A DNA stretch of 41,749 bases, taken from Elusimicrobiota bacterium (GTDB lineage: Bacteria > Elusimicrobiota > Elusimicrobia > JACQPE01). The stretch's first letter is position 1, and each line of letters opens with the position of its first letter. The stretch spans positions 1 to 41,749 of the forward strand of contig JACQWW010000079.1 in the NCBI GenBank assembly GCA_016209025.1, read 5' to 3'. Below, one piece after another: positions 18,230 through 27,569 of this stretch. A program made the position numbers and the translations under genes. A model generated the notes under the pieces. That model was given only the letters and a program-made list of their open reading frames with translations, did no database searches and had not been told where the DNA came from.

Positions 18230-18982
18230 ATGGCTGAAGAAGCGCAGCAAACAGCGATTCCTCGGCCAACCCCGAAGCTTAAGGCCATTCTTGCCAAGAA
18301 AATCGGCATGACCCAGGTATTTGATGATCGCGGCTTGGCGCACGGCGCCACCGAGCTGGCGGCCGGGCCGTGCCATGTCGCAGCCGTCAAGACGAAGGAT
18401 AACGACGGCTATACGGCTTTGACTTTGGGTTTTGACGGCATTGATGAAAAATCCGCGGGTAAACCTCTGTCAGGAATGTTCAAAAAGTCCGGCATTCCAC
18501 CCGTTTCCTTGTTGAAAGAAGTGCGGCTTAGCGGCATCGAGGGCTGGCAGCCCGGGCAAACGGTACAGCTCGATGGAATGTTTGCGCCGGGCGATTATAT
18601 TGATGTCTGCGGCGTTTCCAAAGGCAAAGGTTTTGCCGGCGGCGTAAAGCGATGGGGTTTCCACGGCGGACCAAAAACCCATGGCCAATCCGACCGTCAT
18701 CGGGCGCCCGGTTCTTTAGCGGCGCGGCGTTCCCTGGGCCGGGTCATGCCTGGAAAAAAGATGGCCGGGCATATGGGCGCCCGTAATATCGTTGTTCAAA
18801 AATTGGAAGTTTTAAAGGTTGACGGCGTCAACAACCGGCTTTTTATCAAAGGCGCCGTGCCCGGGGCGCCGGGCAATTATGTTTTGGTCAAAGAAACCGT
18901 CAAACGCAGAAAGCACCGCATAGAGGCTGCGCCGTCTCTCAAGGCATCGAAGAAAAGGAAGGCCGCTCCGGCTAAAAAATGA
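18230..18982 (+). CDS. rplC: 50S ribosomal protein L3
   Basis: 'ILAKKIGMTQVF', 'GVSKGKGFAGGVKRWGFHGGPKTHGQSDRHRAPGS'. ATG lies 6 nt after 'cgaagcgagg'. Confidence 0.93.
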   Translation: MAEEAQQTAIPRPTPKLKAILAKKIGMTQVFDDRGLAHGATELAAGPCHVAAVKTKDNDGYTALTLGFDGIDEKSAGKPLSGMFKKSGIPPVSLLKEVRLSGIEGWQPGQTVQLDGMFAPGDYIDVCGVSKGKGFAGGVKRWGFHGGPKTHGQSDRHRAPGSLAARRSLGRVMPGKKMAGHMGARNIVVQKLEVLKVDGVNNRLFIKGAVPGAPGNYVLVKETVKRRKHRIEAAPSLKASKKRKAAPAKK

Positions 18983-19003
18983 CGATAAACAAGAAGCAGG
19001 AAA

Positions 19004-19558
19004 ATGGAACTTGATATTCTCGATCTAAAAACAGGCGAGCCGAGCGGGCAAAAGGCGGTTGTGCCTGAAGGGCTGGCCGCGGTCAAGGTCAACATCGCTT
19101 TAATACATGAAACGGTTACGGCTTACGCAAATAATTGGCGGCGCGGGACACATTCGACTTTGACGCGCAGTGAAGTGCAAGGCGGCGGTAAAAAGCCGTG
19201 GAAGCAAAAGCATACGGGCCGGGCGCGCTCCGGTTCAAACCGGTCGCCGCTTTGGAGAAAAGGCGGCATTATTTTTGGGCCCAAACCGAGAGATTACAGC
19301 GTCTATCCGAGCCGGGCAAAGCGCCGGCTTTCTTTTGTCCAAGCCGTGGCCTGCCGCCTTGCCGCCGGCGCCGTCCTCCAGCTCCTTCTAGTATCGGCTT
19401 TAAACAAGGAATTTCTCCGGGCCTCGCGCAATCTTGAAGCCTTAAGCGTGCGGTCTTGCGAGACGATTTGCGCCGGAGATATTCTGGCGGCAAAAACCAT
19501 CTTGGCAACCGACAAGGCTTGGGCCCGGATGACCGAAGGACGGTTCAATGTCAACTAG
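19004..19558 (+). CDS. rplD: 50S ribosomal protein L4 (short: 184 aa)
   Basis: '[40 protein letters not shown]'. Confidence 0.9.
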   Translation: MELDILDLKTGEPSGQKAVVPEGLAAVKVNIALIHETVTAYANNWRRGTHSTLTRSEVQGGGKKPWKQKHTGRARSGSNRSPLWRKGGIIFGPKPRDYSVYPSRAKRRLSFVQAVACRLAAGAVLQLLLVSALNKEFLRASRNLEALSVRSCETICAGDILAAKTILATDKAWARMTEGRFNVN

Positions 19559-19838
19559 CTACGGCTGGCCGCTGTCCGTGCCTCTGATCACGGAGAAAAG
19601 CACCGCCCAAAAAGAGGATTTTCATCAATACGCTTTTGTCGTGGCCAAAGATGCCTCGAAGGGGCAGATTGCTCGTGCCGTGGAGGCCGTATTCAAGGTG
19701 CCGGTTGTTCGTGTCAGGACGCTTGCGGTGCGCGGCAAGATGCGGCGTCTTGGCCGCAATCAGGGCCGGCTGGAAGACTGGAAAAAGGCCATTGTCACCA
19801 TTGCGGCGGACAAAAAAATAGATTTTGAGAAAACATGA
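19548..19838 (+). CDS. rplW: 50S ribosomal protein L23
   Basis: 96 aa between rplD and rplB: 'PLITEKST...[31 protein letters not shown]...WKKAIVT'. Confidence 0.92.
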   Translation: MSTSYGWPLSVPLITEKSTAQKEDFHQYAFVVAKDASKGQIARAVEAVFKVPVVRVRTLAVRGKMRRLGRNQGRLEDWKKAIVTIAADKKIDFEKT

Positions 19839-19844
19839 CAAATT

Positions 19845-20720
19845 ATGCCCGTTAAATCATTTAATCCGTATACTCCCAGCCGGCGCTTCATTCAAGTGGC
19901 TGATTTTTCGGAACTTTCCAACGTTCCTCCCGAAAAATCCCTTGTCGTCGGTCTGAGGAAAAAGGCCGGACGTAATAACACGGGTCAGGTTATGGTGCGC
20001 CATCGAGGCGGCGGCGCCAGGCAGGCTTATCGGGTTATTGATTTCAAGCGCCGCGATTTTTGGGGCGTGCCGGCCAAAGTGGCCACGATAGAATATGATC
20101 CAAACCGCAACGCCCGAATCGCCAAGCTTCATTATGCCAACGGCGCCAAAAGATACATTCTGCATCCGGCAGGCATCCGGCTCGAAGATATTCTCCATAA
20201 CGGACCAGATGCTCCCATTAGACCCGGCAACGCCCTGCCCTTGGAATACATTCCCGAAGGAACCTACGTTCATGCCATTGAACTTCAAGCCGGCCGCGGC
20301 GCCGCGATGGCGCGCTCGGCTGGTTCGCAGGCGCAGGTGATGGCCAAGGAAGGACTTTATGTGACGCTCAGACTTCCGTCCGGAGAAACTCGGATCGTGC
20401 CCAAAAAATGCATGGCTACCGTCGGCCAAGTCGGAAACATCGAAGCCAACACGATTACGATCGGCAATGCCGGGCGCAACCGCCATCTTGGTTGGCGGCC
20501 TTATGTGCGCGGCACGGCCATGAATGCGGTTGACCATCCATTGGGCGGCGGCCGCGGAAAATCAAAAGGTCATAATCATCCTCGCAGTCCCTGGAACCAA
20601 AAGTCTAAGGGTCTTAAGACGAGATCGAAAAAAGTTTGGGATTGGATGATTCTTCAGGATCGCCGGAAAACGAAAACTTTGGCGGCGCAGCAGCTGGCCG
20701 GGGGGGTGCAGGGTGGCTAG
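19845..20720 (+). CDS. rplB: 50S ribosomal protein L2
   Basis: '[16 protein letters not shown]', '[15 protein letters not shown]', '[21 protein letters not shown]'. Confidence 0.97.
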   Translation: MPVKSFNPYTPSRRFIQVADFSELSNVPPEKSLVVGLRKKAGRNNTGQVMVRHRGGGARQAYRVIDFKRRDFWGVPAKVATIEYDPNRNARIAKLHYANGAKRYILHPAGIRLEDILHNGPDAPIRPGNALPLEYIPEGTYVHAIELQAGRGAAMARSAGSQAQVMAKEGLYVTLRLPSGETRIVPKKCMATVGQVGNIEANTITIGNAGRNRHLGWRPYVRGTAMNAVDHPLGGGRGKSKGHNHPRSPWNQKSKGLKTRSKKVWDWMILQDRRKTKTLAAQQLAGGVQGG

Positions 20721-21000
20721 ATCTTCCAAAAAAGGGCCTTTTATTGACTGGAAACTTCTTGAGAAGGTGAAGGCCTTGGTCAAATCGGGAGAAAAACGGA
20801 GCATCAAGACATGGTCGCGGACATGTTCGATCGTTCCTGATTTTGTCGGTCTTACTTTTCTGGTGCATAACGGACGCAAATTTCTTCCCGTCTATGTTAC
20901 CGAACAGATGGTGGGCCACAAATTAGGCGAGTTTTCCTTTACCCGGTTTTTTAGAGGCCACGGAGAAGCGCATACGAAAGAGGCGGCGGAGAAAACATAA
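20713..21000 (+). CDS. rpsS: 30S ribosomal protein S19
   Basis: '[11 protein letters not shown]', '[48 protein letters not shown]'. Confidence 0.96.
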   Translation: MARSSKKGPFIDWKLLEKVKALVKSGEKRSIKTWSRTCSIVPDFVGLTFLVHNGRKFLPVYVTEQMVGHKLGEFSFTRFFRGHGEAHTKEAAEKT

Positions 21001-21344
21001 TGGCTGAGGCTGTCGCTATCGCCCGTTTTGCCAGGCATTCGCCGAGAAAGGTGGGACAAGTCCTGCCCTTAATCAGGAGAAAAAACGCCGAAAAGGCGCT
21101 TACCACACTGGAGTTTATGCCCAGGCGGGCCGGGATATTTGTTTACCAGACCTTGAAATCAGCTGTTCATAACTTAGGCGGCAAACTGGGTAAAAAGATC
21201 GAGCCGAAGGAGGCATGGATAAAGAGCTGTTCCGTCGGCCCGGGCCCGCATTTGAAAAGGATCAGAGCCGGCAGTATGGGCCGCGCCATGCCTTATAAAC
21301 ACAAAACATGTCATTTAACGATTATTGTGACGGACGTTCCATGA
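21000..21344 (+). CDS. rplV: 50S ribosomal protein L22
   Basis: 114 aa, 'ARHSPRKVGQVLPLIRRKNAEKALTTLEF...AGSMGRAMPYKHKTCHLTIIV', in the expected position. Confidence 0.93.
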   Translation: MAEAVAIARFARHSPRKVGQVLPLIRRKNAEKALTTLEFMPRRAGIFVYQTLKSAVHNLGGKLGKKIEPKEAWIKSCSVGPGPHLKRIRAGSMGRAMPYKHKTCHLTIIVTDVP

Positions 21345-21369
21345 ATTGCGGCCAGAGGGTGGAATTTTA

Positions 21370-22164
21370 GTGGGCCAAAAAGTTCATCCTAATGCCACGC
21401 GCCTCGGTTATATTCATGATTGGGATTCGCGGTGGTTTCCTTTAAAGGACGCTCCCCGGCTGATTGCCGAAGACGCCATGATTCGCCGGTTGGTTACGGA
21501 AAGATTCAAGTTCGCTTCAATCGGAAAAGTCGTCATCGAGCGCGCCGGAAATTTTCTGCGGGTTATTCTGCATACCGCAAGGCCCGGCATGGTCATCGGC
21601 CGGCGCGGCGTGGATATCGAGGGTTTGAAAACCCTGCTTGAGGACAGGACGGGGAGAAAAGTGTTCGTCAACGTGCTGGAAATTAAAAATCCGGATGCCG
21701 ACGCCGCGCTCGTGGCGGAAAGCATCGCTTTTCAATTGGAGCGCCGCGTCAATCACCGGCGCGCCATGAAGCGCGCCATCGAGCGGGCCAAGAGCCTCAG
21801 GGTGCTGGGCATCAAGATCATGTGCAGCGGCCGCTTGGGCGGCGCTGAGATCGCCCGATTCGAATGGCTCAAAGAAGGGCGCGTTCCGACTTCGGTGTTC
21901 AGGGCGGACGTGGACTACGGCACAGCCGAAGCCAAAACGGTCATGGGCAAAGTCGGCATCAAGGTTTGGATTTTTAAAAAGGAATACTTCACCAAAACAA
22001 AAGAGGATTTGATCAACGAAATCAAAAAAACCAAAGCCCAAGAGACGGATATCGCGCAGAAGGAAGAGGCCCCCTTGGCGACCCTGGCCGTGGCAGCCGA
22101 AGAGAAGCCGCCGTCCAGCCAGGCGGTCAAGCCCGAAGATTCCAAAAACGAAGGCAAGGTGTAA
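21370..22164 (+). CDS. rpsC: 30S ribosomal protein S3 (with a Lys/Glu-rich C-terminal tail)
   Basis: 'VGQKVHPNATRLGYIHDWDSRWF', 'GMVIGRRGVDIEGLK', 'GRLGGAEIAR'. The GTG at 21370 gives the canonical N-terminus. Confidence 0.93.
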   Translation: MGQKVHPNATRLGYIHDWDSRWFPLKDAPRLIAEDAMIRRLVTERFKFASIGKVVIERAGNFLRVILHTARPGMVIGRRGVDIEGLKTLLEDRTGRKVFVNVLEIKNPDADAALVAESIAFQLERRVNHRRAMKRAIERAKSLRVLGIKIMCSGRLGGAEIARFEWLKEGRVPTSVFRADVDYGTAEAKTVMGKVGIKVWIFKKEYFTKTKEDLINEIKKTKAQETDIAQKEEAPLATLAVAAEEKPPSSQAVKPEDSKNEGKV

Positions 22165-22167
22165 GAA

Positions 22168-22581
22168 ATGTTGATGCCTAAGCGCGTCAAATACCGGAAA
22201 TCCCATAAACCGGCCTTGAAAGGATACGCTTCCAACGCCAATCGGATCGCTTTTGGCGAATGGGGCTTGAAATCCGTGGGCCGCGGGTATTTGACGGCCA
22301 GGCAGATCGAGGCGGCGCGTCTGGCCATCACCCGTTCCTTGAAAAAAGGGGGGAAGTTCTGGATACGCGTTTTCCCCGACCGCTCGATTACCAGAAAACC
22401 GGCTGAAACCCGCATGGGCAAAGGCAAAGGTGAGCCTTCATACTGGTGCTGCGTCGTCAAGCCGGGCCGGATGTTGTTTGAGATAGAAGGAATTTTAGAG
22501 GACTCGGCCAAAGAAGCTTTAAGGCTGGCCAGCCATAAATTGCCTTTTCCTTCGGTTGTGGTCAAGAGGGAGGCGTTTTGA
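22168..22581 (+). CDS. rplP: 50S ribosomal protein L16
   Basis: '[14 protein letters not shown]', '[17 protein letters not shown]', '[13 protein letters not shown]'. Confidence 0.97.
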   Translation: MLMPKRVKYRKSHKPALKGYASNANRIAFGEWGLKSVGRGYLTARQIEAARLAITRSLKKGGKFWIRVFPDRSITRKPAETRMGKGKGEPSYWCCVVKPGRMLFEIEGILEDSAKEALRLASHKLPFPSVVVKREAF

Positions 22582-22597
22582 AAATGGATAAATTTTT

Positions 22598-22852
22598 ATG
22601 AAACGCAAAGAACGGGAGGCCTTGCGCGCCCTTTCCGTGGAAGAGCTCGACAGCGAGCTTGTTAAAAGAAGCAAAGAGCTTTTTGAGCTTGAATTTCATA
22701 AAGCGCTGCGTCAGGCCAAAAATCCCCTGCGTGAGCGTTTTTTGCGGCGGGAAAAAGCCGCGATCTTGACTTGGCTCGGCCAAAAACGCCAAAACGCCGG
22801 ACGCGTCCCGGCGGATAACGGCGATGTCAAGCCGGCGATAGCGGCGCAATGA
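22598..22852 (+). CDS. rpmC: 50S ribosomal protein L29
   Basis: 84 aa, '[25 protein letters not shown]', in the expected position between rplP and rpsQ. Confidence 0.9.
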   Translation: MKRKEREALRALSVEELDSELVKRSKELFELEFHKALRQAKNPLRERFLRREKAAILTWLGQKRQNAGRVPADNGDVKPAIAAQ

Positions 22853-23163
22853 ACATGGTCAATCAAATGAGTGCTAAAGTTTCGGCAATGGCCGGCGGGC
22901 AGCGCAAAAAGCGCACGGGAAAGGTGATTTCGGACAAGATGAACAAAACCCGGGTTGTTGAAGTGGTGATTTCGCTGCGGCACCATTTATATGAAAAGGT
23001 GATGCGGCATAAAAAACATTACTATGCGCACGACGAAAATAACGAATCAAAATTGGGCGATCGCGTCTTGATCGCCGAGACGAGACCGCTTTCGAAACTC
23101 AAGCGCTGGCGTGTCGTTAAAATTTTAGTCAAAGCCGGCCGCGCCGGGCCAAGCGAAACATAA
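22849..23163 (+). CDS. rpsQ: 30S ribosomal protein S17
   Basis: '[20 protein letters not shown]', '[37 protein letters not shown]'. The exact start (22849 vs 22855) is uncertain. Confidence 0.9.
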   Translation: MNMVNQMSAKVSAMAGGQRKKRTGKVISDKMNKTRVVEVVISLRHHLYEKVMRHKKHYYAHDENNESKLGDRVLIAETRPLSKLKRWRVVKILVKAGRAGPSET

Positions 23164-23164
23164 A

Positions 23165-23533
23165 ATGGTTCAGCTTCGTTCGATGCTTCAGGTGGCGGAT
23201 AATACGGGCGCCAGGAAATTGATGGTATTTCATGTCGCCGGAGGCTCGCAAAGGCGCTACGCCTCTTTAGGCGATATCGTCGTCGGCTCCGTCAAGGCAG
23301 CCGCGCCCGATGCAGCCGTGAAAAAGGGCGAGGTCGTCAAGGCTGTTGTCGTGCGCGTCAGCCATGCCTGCCGGCGTCCCGACGGCAGCCGCGTGCGCTT
23401 TGATGATAATGCCGGCTGCCTTATTGACGATGCCGGCAATCCGAGAGGGACCAGGGTTTTCGGGCCGGTGGCCCGCGAACTGCGCGATAAAAATTTTTTA
23501 AAAATCATTTCTCTCGCTCCTGAGGTGGTATGA
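23165..23533 (+). CDS. rplN: 50S ribosomal protein L14
   Basis: '[24 protein letters not shown]', '[30 protein letters not shown]'. Confidence 0.97.
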   Translation: MVQLRSMLQVADNTGARKLMVFHVAGGSQRRYASLGDIVVGSVKAAAPDAAVKKGEVVKAVVVRVSHACRRPDGSRVRFDDNAGCLIDDAGNPRGTRVFGPVARELRDKNFLKIISLAPEVV

Positions 23534-23538
23534 AGGCT

Positions 23539-23622
23539 GGAATATAGAATGTTGAATATTGAATATAGGAACACAGGCGGTCTTTTTTCTTCCCTATATT
23601 CCATATTCCATATTCCATATTC
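23539..23622 (+). repeat. Family A heptamer hairpin A4 (rplN | rplX gap)
   Basis: 'ggaatatagaatgttgaatattgaatatagg' - loop - 'cctatattccatattccatattccatattc'. Confidence 0.9.
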
Positions 23623-23643
23623 TCGGCAACACGAGGCATTCCA

Positions 23644-23958
23644 ATGGCTTTAGGCATTAAAAAGAAGGATACGGTGGCGGTGCTTTCCGGCGAGGATAAG
23701 GGTAAGCGCGGTGAAGTGGTCAGGATTTTTCCGGATAAAGGCCGGGCCGTCGTTGCCAAGATCAATCTTGTCAAAAAACACGTGCGCCCGACTCGCGAAA
23801 AGAAGGGCGGCATCGAAACAATCGAGGCGCCGATCGCCCTGTCAAAGCTTCAGCTGATTTGCCCGAAATGCAGTCAGCCTATAAGGCCGAAAATGCAATT
23901 TTTAGCCGACGGCACAGGCATGCGGGTTTGCCGCAAATGCGGAGAGCAAATCCTGTGA
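23644..23958 (+). CDS. rplX: 50S ribosomal protein L24 (KOW domain plus a C-terminal CxxC...CxxC segment)
   Basis: 'IKKKDTVAVLSGEDKGKRGEVVRIF', 'INLVKKHVRP', C-terminus 'CPKCSQPI...VCRKCGEQIL'. Confidence 0.93.
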   Translation: MALGIKKKDTVAVLSGEDKGKRGEVVRIFPDKGRAVVAKINLVKKHVRPTREKKGGIETIEAPIALSKLQLICPKCSQPIRPKMQFLADGTGMRVCRKCGEQIL

Positions 23959-23974
23959 AAATTTTGCCAAGAAC

Positions 23975-24017
23975 GTCCGACCCGTCAGACCTGTCCGACA
24001 TGTCAGACATGTCGGAT
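23975..24017 (+). repeat. Family B 9-mer array B4, 5 units (rplX | rplE gap)
   Basis: 'gtccgaccc gtcagacct gtccgacat gtcagacat gtcggat'. It contains the hairpin 'ccgacatg tcaga catgtcgg'. Confidence 0.9.
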
Positions 24018-24036
24018 GAGCGGAGCGAGGCGTAAG

Positions 24037-24639
24037 GTGGCTGAAAAAACCCACGAAAAACCGACGACCGCGGTTCCCAAGGACTATATCCCGCGGCTCA
24101 AGGCCCTTTATAAAGCGGTGGCAGTCGAGGAAATTAAAAAGAGGTTCAACTTGAGCAATCCGTGGCAGGCGCCGAGGCTTCAGAAAATCGTCATCAATAT
24201 GGGCGTAGGCCAGGGCAAGGAAGACGTGAAATATTTTGACCAGATCAAGGAAGACCTTGCCCAGCTTGCCGGCCAGGCGCCGGCTGTCCGCCGGGCCAAA
24301 AAATCCATTGCCGGATTTAAAATCCGCCAGGGCCAGCCGATCGGCCTTACGGTGACGCTTCGGGGCAGCCGCATGTGGGAGTTTTTAGACCGCATGACCA
24401 CCATCGCCTTGGCCCGCATCAGGGATTTCCGGGGACTCGATCCGCGGGCTTTTGACAAGCAAGCCAATTATAATCTCGGCATCCGCGAGCACCATATTTT
24501 CCCGGAAGTCAATCTTGAACGTTCACCCCGGGCTCACGGCATGAATATCACCATCGTCACTTCAAGCAAAGACTGGGCCCAAGTTCAGGCAACGCTTGAA
24601 CTTTTAGGATTGCCGTTCAGAAAGGCAGGCAAAAAATGA
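24037..24639 (+). CDS. rplE: 50S ribosomal protein L5
   Basis: '[13 protein letters not shown]', '[33 protein letters not shown]', '[14 protein letters not shown]'. I chose the GTG at 24037 because it lies 6 nt after 'cggagcgagg' (a recurring SD module). The alternative ATG at 24016 lies inside repeat B4. Confidence 0.9.
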   Translation: MAEKTHEKPTTAVPKDYIPRLKALYKAVAVEEIKKRFNLSNPWQAPRLQKIVINMGVGQGKEDVKYFDQIKEDLAQLAGQAPAVRRAKKSIAGFKIRQGQPIGLTVTLRGSRMWEFLDRMTTIALARIRDFRGLDPRAFDKQANYNLGIREHHIFPEVNLERSPRAHGMNITIVTSSKDWAQVQATLELLGLPFRKAGKK

Positions 24640-24661
24640 AAATTTTTCGGGAGGAATTTTA

Positions 24662-24847
24662 GTGGCCACAACCGCTTGGGTGGTAAAATCAAAAAGGAAA
24701 CCGAAATTCGCTGTTCGCGCCAGAAACCGCTGCTTATTGTGCGGCAGGCCGCGGGCCATTTATCGGGATTTCGGTCTGTGCCGCATTTGCTTCCGCCGAT
24801 TGGCGCATCGGGGGGAGATCCCCGGGGTCAAAAAGGCAAGCTGGTAA
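24662..24847 (+). CDS. rpsN: 30S ribosomal protein S14, short zinc-binding type
   Basis: 61 aa, '[39 protein letters not shown]' (CxxC...CxxC), GTG start after 'gggagg'. Confidence 0.95.
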   Translation: MATTAWVVKSKRKPKFAVRARNRCLLCGRPRAIYRDFGLCRICFRRLAHRGEIPGVKKASW

Positions 24848-24855
24848 CTCAAAGG

Positions 24856-24971
24856 GAGAATGTTGAATGTTGAATATAGAATATAGAATGAAAAAAACGA
24901 GAGATAAAAGCCATTTTTGCATTTTGTGTTTCCGTTTCCGTCCTACATTCTACATTCCATATTCTACATTC
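24856..24971 (+). repeat. Family A heptamer hairpin A5, long-loop variant (rpsN | rpsH gap)
   Basis: 'gagaatgttgaatgttgaatatagaatatagaatg' - ~50 nt - 'cctacattctacattccatattctacattc'. The 5' flank 'caaagggagaatgttgaatgttgaat' is shared with A6. Confidence 0.88.
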
Positions 24972-24983
24972 GAGGTCTAAAAA

Positions 24984-25373
24984 ATGGATCCCATAAGCGA
25001 TATGCTTACGCGCATGAGGAATGCCTTGAAAGCCAAAAAAGAGATTGTTGAAATTCCACACTCGCGTATAAAAAGGGAGATTGCCCGGATTTTGCGGGAA
25101 GAGGGCTATATCTCGAATTTTAGAGTATTCGAGGACGGAAAGGCGGGCATACTTAAAATACTTTTGCGTTATACGAAAGAAAAAGAACCGGCGATTTTTA
25201 AGATTGAGCGGGTTTCCAGGCCTTCCTGCCGGGTATATTGCAATTGGAGGGGCATGGGGGGTGTCCGGCAAGACATGGCAACCATGATTCTTTCTACGCC
25301 GAAAGGCGTCGTGACGGCGCGCCAAGCCAAGGACTTAAAGATCGGCGGTGAGGTTCTGTTGAAGGTATGGTAA
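24984..25373 (+). CDS. rpsH: 30S ribosomal protein S8
   Basis: 'MDPISDMLTRMRNA', 'ILSTPKGVVTARQAKDLKIGGEVLLKVW'. Confidence 0.96.
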   Translation: MDPISDMLTRMRNALKAKKEIVEIPHSRIKREIARILREEGYISNFRVFEDGKAGILKILLRYTKEKEPAIFKIERVSRPSCRVYCNWRGMGGVRQDMATMILSTPKGVVTARQAKDLKIGGEVLLKVW

Positions 25374-25379
25374 CAAAGG

Positions 25380-25489
25380 GAGAATGTTGAATGTTGAATG
25401 TTGAATATAGGATGAAAACAACGAGGGAGGAAAGCCGTTTTTGTATTTTTCATTCCTGTCCTACATTCTACATTCCATATTCTACATTC
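25380..25489 (+). repeat. Family A heptamer hairpin A6, long-loop variant (rpsH | rplF gap)
   Basis: 'gagaatgttgaatgttgaatgttgaatatagg' - ~45 nt - 'cctacattctacattccatattctacattc'. Confidence 0.88.
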
Positions 25490-25500
25490 GAGGTATTCCA

Positions 25501-26106
25501 ATGAGCCGTTTGGGTAAAAAACCCGTTATTTTACCTTCGGGCGTCGAGGCGCTCATTAATGCCGAAGCCCGCCTTATCGGGATGAAGGGGCCCAAGGGCG
25601 CGCTTGAGTGGAAATACCCCGGCGGCATAAACGTTCAGAAAATCCAGGACGCTTCCGGGGTCAGGCTGCGCATCGAACCTCAAAAATTACCCCAGGCGGC
25701 AAAAGAAATTGACCGCAGGATCAAGGCGGCTTGGGGACTGGCGCGTTCCCGCATCGAGGCCATGGTTCATGGGGTGGCGCAGGGTTTTTCCAAAACCCTT
25801 GAAATTCACGGCGTCGGATTCAAAGTTAAACAAGAAGGCCGGCAGCTGGTTTTTTCATTGGGCTCGACTCATCCGATCGTCTATCAAATGCCGGCCGGCA
25901 TAAACGCCGGCATTGACTCCAAGCAGACGCAGCTGATTATTTCCGGCTGCGATAAGGAACTGGTCGGTTCGGCGGCAAGCGCCCTGCATGCCCTGAAGCC
26001 TCCGGAGCCTTATCAAGGCAAGGGCGTCAGATATTCAGGTGAATACATAATCCGCAAGGCCGGTAAAACAGCGGCGGCGGCCGGCGCCGGAGCAACCAAG
26101 AAATGA
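25501..26106 (+). CDS. rplF: 50S ribosomal protein L6
   Basis: '[16 protein letters not shown]', '[10 protein letters not shown]', '[23 protein letters not shown]'. The ATG at 25501 is the first start after repeat A6. Confidence 0.94.
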   Translation: MSRLGKKPVILPSGVEALINAEARLIGMKGPKGALEWKYPGGINVQKIQDASGVRLRIEPQKLPQAAKEIDRRIKAAWGLARSRIEAMVHGVAQGFSKTLEIHGVGFKVKQEGRQLVFSLGSTHPIVYQMPAGINAGIDSKQTQLIISGCDKELVGSAASALHALKPPEPYQGKGVRYSGEYIIRKAGKTAAAAGAGATKK

Positions 26107-26122
26107 AAATAGAGGTGAAAGG

Positions 26123-26476
26123 GTGAAACGAGATCGCAGGTTGGCGCGAAAGATGCGGGTGGCCAAGAAGATTCGCGGCACTCAATCGCGGCCGCGCTTG
26201 TCCGTCGTTTTGACCTTAAAGCACACTTATGCGCAGATGATTGACGACGACGCGGGACATACTTTGGCGTCGGCTTCTTCGTTGTCTGGCGAGCTTTCGG
26301 GCGCTTTGAAGCATGGCGACAATGTGGCGGCGGCGGTGGTGGTGGGCCAAATACTTGCCAAAAAAGCCTTGTCGGCCGGCATTAAAACAGTTGTTTTCGA
26401 CCGGGGGCGGCGCCGTTTCCATGGACGCGTCCGGGCTTTGGCAGAGGCAGTGCGGCAGGGAGGGCTCAATTTTTAA
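26123..26476 (+). CDS. rplR: 50S ribosomal protein L18
   Basis: '[20 protein letters not shown]', '[28 protein letters not shown]'. Confidence 0.95.
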   Translation: MKRDRRLARKMRVAKKIRGTQSRPRLSVVLTLKHTYAQMIDDDAGHTLASASSLSGELSGALKHGDNVAAAVVVGQILAKKALSAGIKTVVFDRGRRRFHGRVRALAEAVRQGGLNF

Positions 26477-26499
26477 TTTCAAACGAAGCGAGGTTTAAG

Positions 26500-27099
26500 G
26501 TGGCAGAAAAAGACGAGCAGCTTGCAATGACGCCGGAAGTCGCCGCGAACGGCGAGCCGGAGTTGGAGAAATTAGATTTGGAAAAAGAGGAGATACCAGC
26601 GCCGGTTGAGCCGGCCGCCGCGGCCAACATCGTTTTAAAAGAAACGGTGGTGGCGATCAACCGCGTCACTAAAGTCGTCACCGGGGGGAAACGCATGGCT
26701 TTCACCTCCTTGCTTGTCGTCGGCGACGGCTGCGGGCAGGTCGGCATCGGCAAGGGCAAGGCGCGGGACGTTCAAATGGCGATAATCAAAGCGGCGTATC
26801 AGGCCAAGAAACACCTGCATAAAGTGTCGCTGGTTGATACGACTATTCCCCATTCTATCGTCGGGATCTTCGGGGCGGCCCGCGTTCTTCTTCGGCCGGC
26901 GGCCCCGGGCACCGGGGTCATCGCCGGCGGGCCGGTTCGAGCCGTTCTTGAGGCTTGCGGCGTTAAAGATATTTTGACGAAAAGTCTTGGAACATCCAAC
27001 GTATATAACGTCGTTTACGCCACCTTGGACGGCTTGAAGCGCCTGGATACAAAAGAAAGCGTCGCAAAACGCCGGGGAAAAAAATCGGAAGAAATATGA
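26500..27099 (+). CDS. rpsE: 30S ribosomal protein S5 (with an acidic N-terminal extension)
   Basis: '[39 protein letters not shown]', '[35 protein letters not shown]'. GTG lies 6 nt after 'cgaagcgagg'. Confidence 0.95.
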   Translation: MAEKDEQLAMTPEVAANGEPELEKLDLEKEEIPAPVEPAAAANIVLKETVVAINRVTKVVTGGKRMAFTSLLVVGDGCGQVGIGKGKARDVQMAIIKAAYQAKKHLHKVSLVDTTIPHSIVGIFGAARVLLRPAAPGTGVIAGGPVRAVLEACGVKDILTKSLGTSNVYNVVYATLDGLKRLDTKESVAKRRGKKSEEI

Positions 27100-27569
27100 C
27101 CTCTAAGCCGCCTCCAGTCGTCAACCTTTCCAATTTGCGGCCGGCCAAAGGTTCCCGGCACCGCCGCAAGCTCCTGGGCCGCGGCGAAGGGTCCGGCCAC
27201 GGGCAAACGGCGACGCGCGGCATGAAGGGCCAGGGATCGCGTTCCGGAGATACCAGAATGATGGGTTTTGAGGGCGGGCAGATGCCGCTTCTCAGACGCG
27301 TGCCCAAGCGCGGCTTTAACAATGCGGTTTTTCGCCGGTCATGGGCCGTCGTCAATTTGGAGACCATTGAAAAAAATTTTCAATCGGGCGACACGGTTGA
27401 TCCGGTTCGTCTGCGTCAGCGCGGCATTCTTCGCCCCGGCGGCGCTGCGGTGAAGATTCTGGCTCAAGGACGGCTGACTAAAAATCTGGCCGTGGAGGCG
27501 CACGCCGCCAGCCGGCAAGCTCAAGAGGCGATCATCAAAGCCGGCGGCACTTTGAAAATTCTTAAATAA
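27096..27569 (+). CDS. rplO: 50S ribosomal protein L15
   Basis: '[41 protein letters not shown]', '[17 protein letters not shown]'. It overlaps the rpsE stop, so there is no room for rpmD. Confidence 0.95.
   Translation: MTSKPPPVVNLSNLRPAKGSRHRRKLLGRGEGSGHGQTATRGMKGQGSRSGDTRMMGFEGGQMPLLRRVPKRGFNNAVFRRSWAVVNLETIEKNFQSGDTVDPVRLRQRGILRPGGAAVKILAQGRLTKNLAVEAHAASRQAQEAIIKAGGTLKILK

Noticed and set aside
5400-22565. Long minus-strand ORFs antisense to rpoB, rpoC, fusA, tuf, rplB and rpsC (e.g. 7377-8168, 10466-11293, 16760-17713, 19857-20537, 21517-22206, 21915-22565)
   Set aside because: They are shadow ORFs opposite highly conserved + strand genes in moderately GC-rich DNA. None has a recognisable motif or ribosome-binding site
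13672-25500. Longer upstream starts given by the ORF track for rpsG (13672), fusA (14259), rpsJ (17693), rplC (18197), rpsC (21346), rplE (24016) and rplF (25441)
   Set aside because: The extensions translate repeat elements (e.g. 'NILHSTFYI', '[10 protein letters not shown]') and lack SD sequences. Canonical N-termini with SD sites occur at the downstream starts I chose
27096-27099. Missing rpmD (L30) between rpsE and rplO as another deletion
   Set aside because: rpsE and rplO overlap cleanly by 4 nt (ATGA-type coupling). L30 is naturally absent in several bacterial lineages, so this is an ordinary lineage trait
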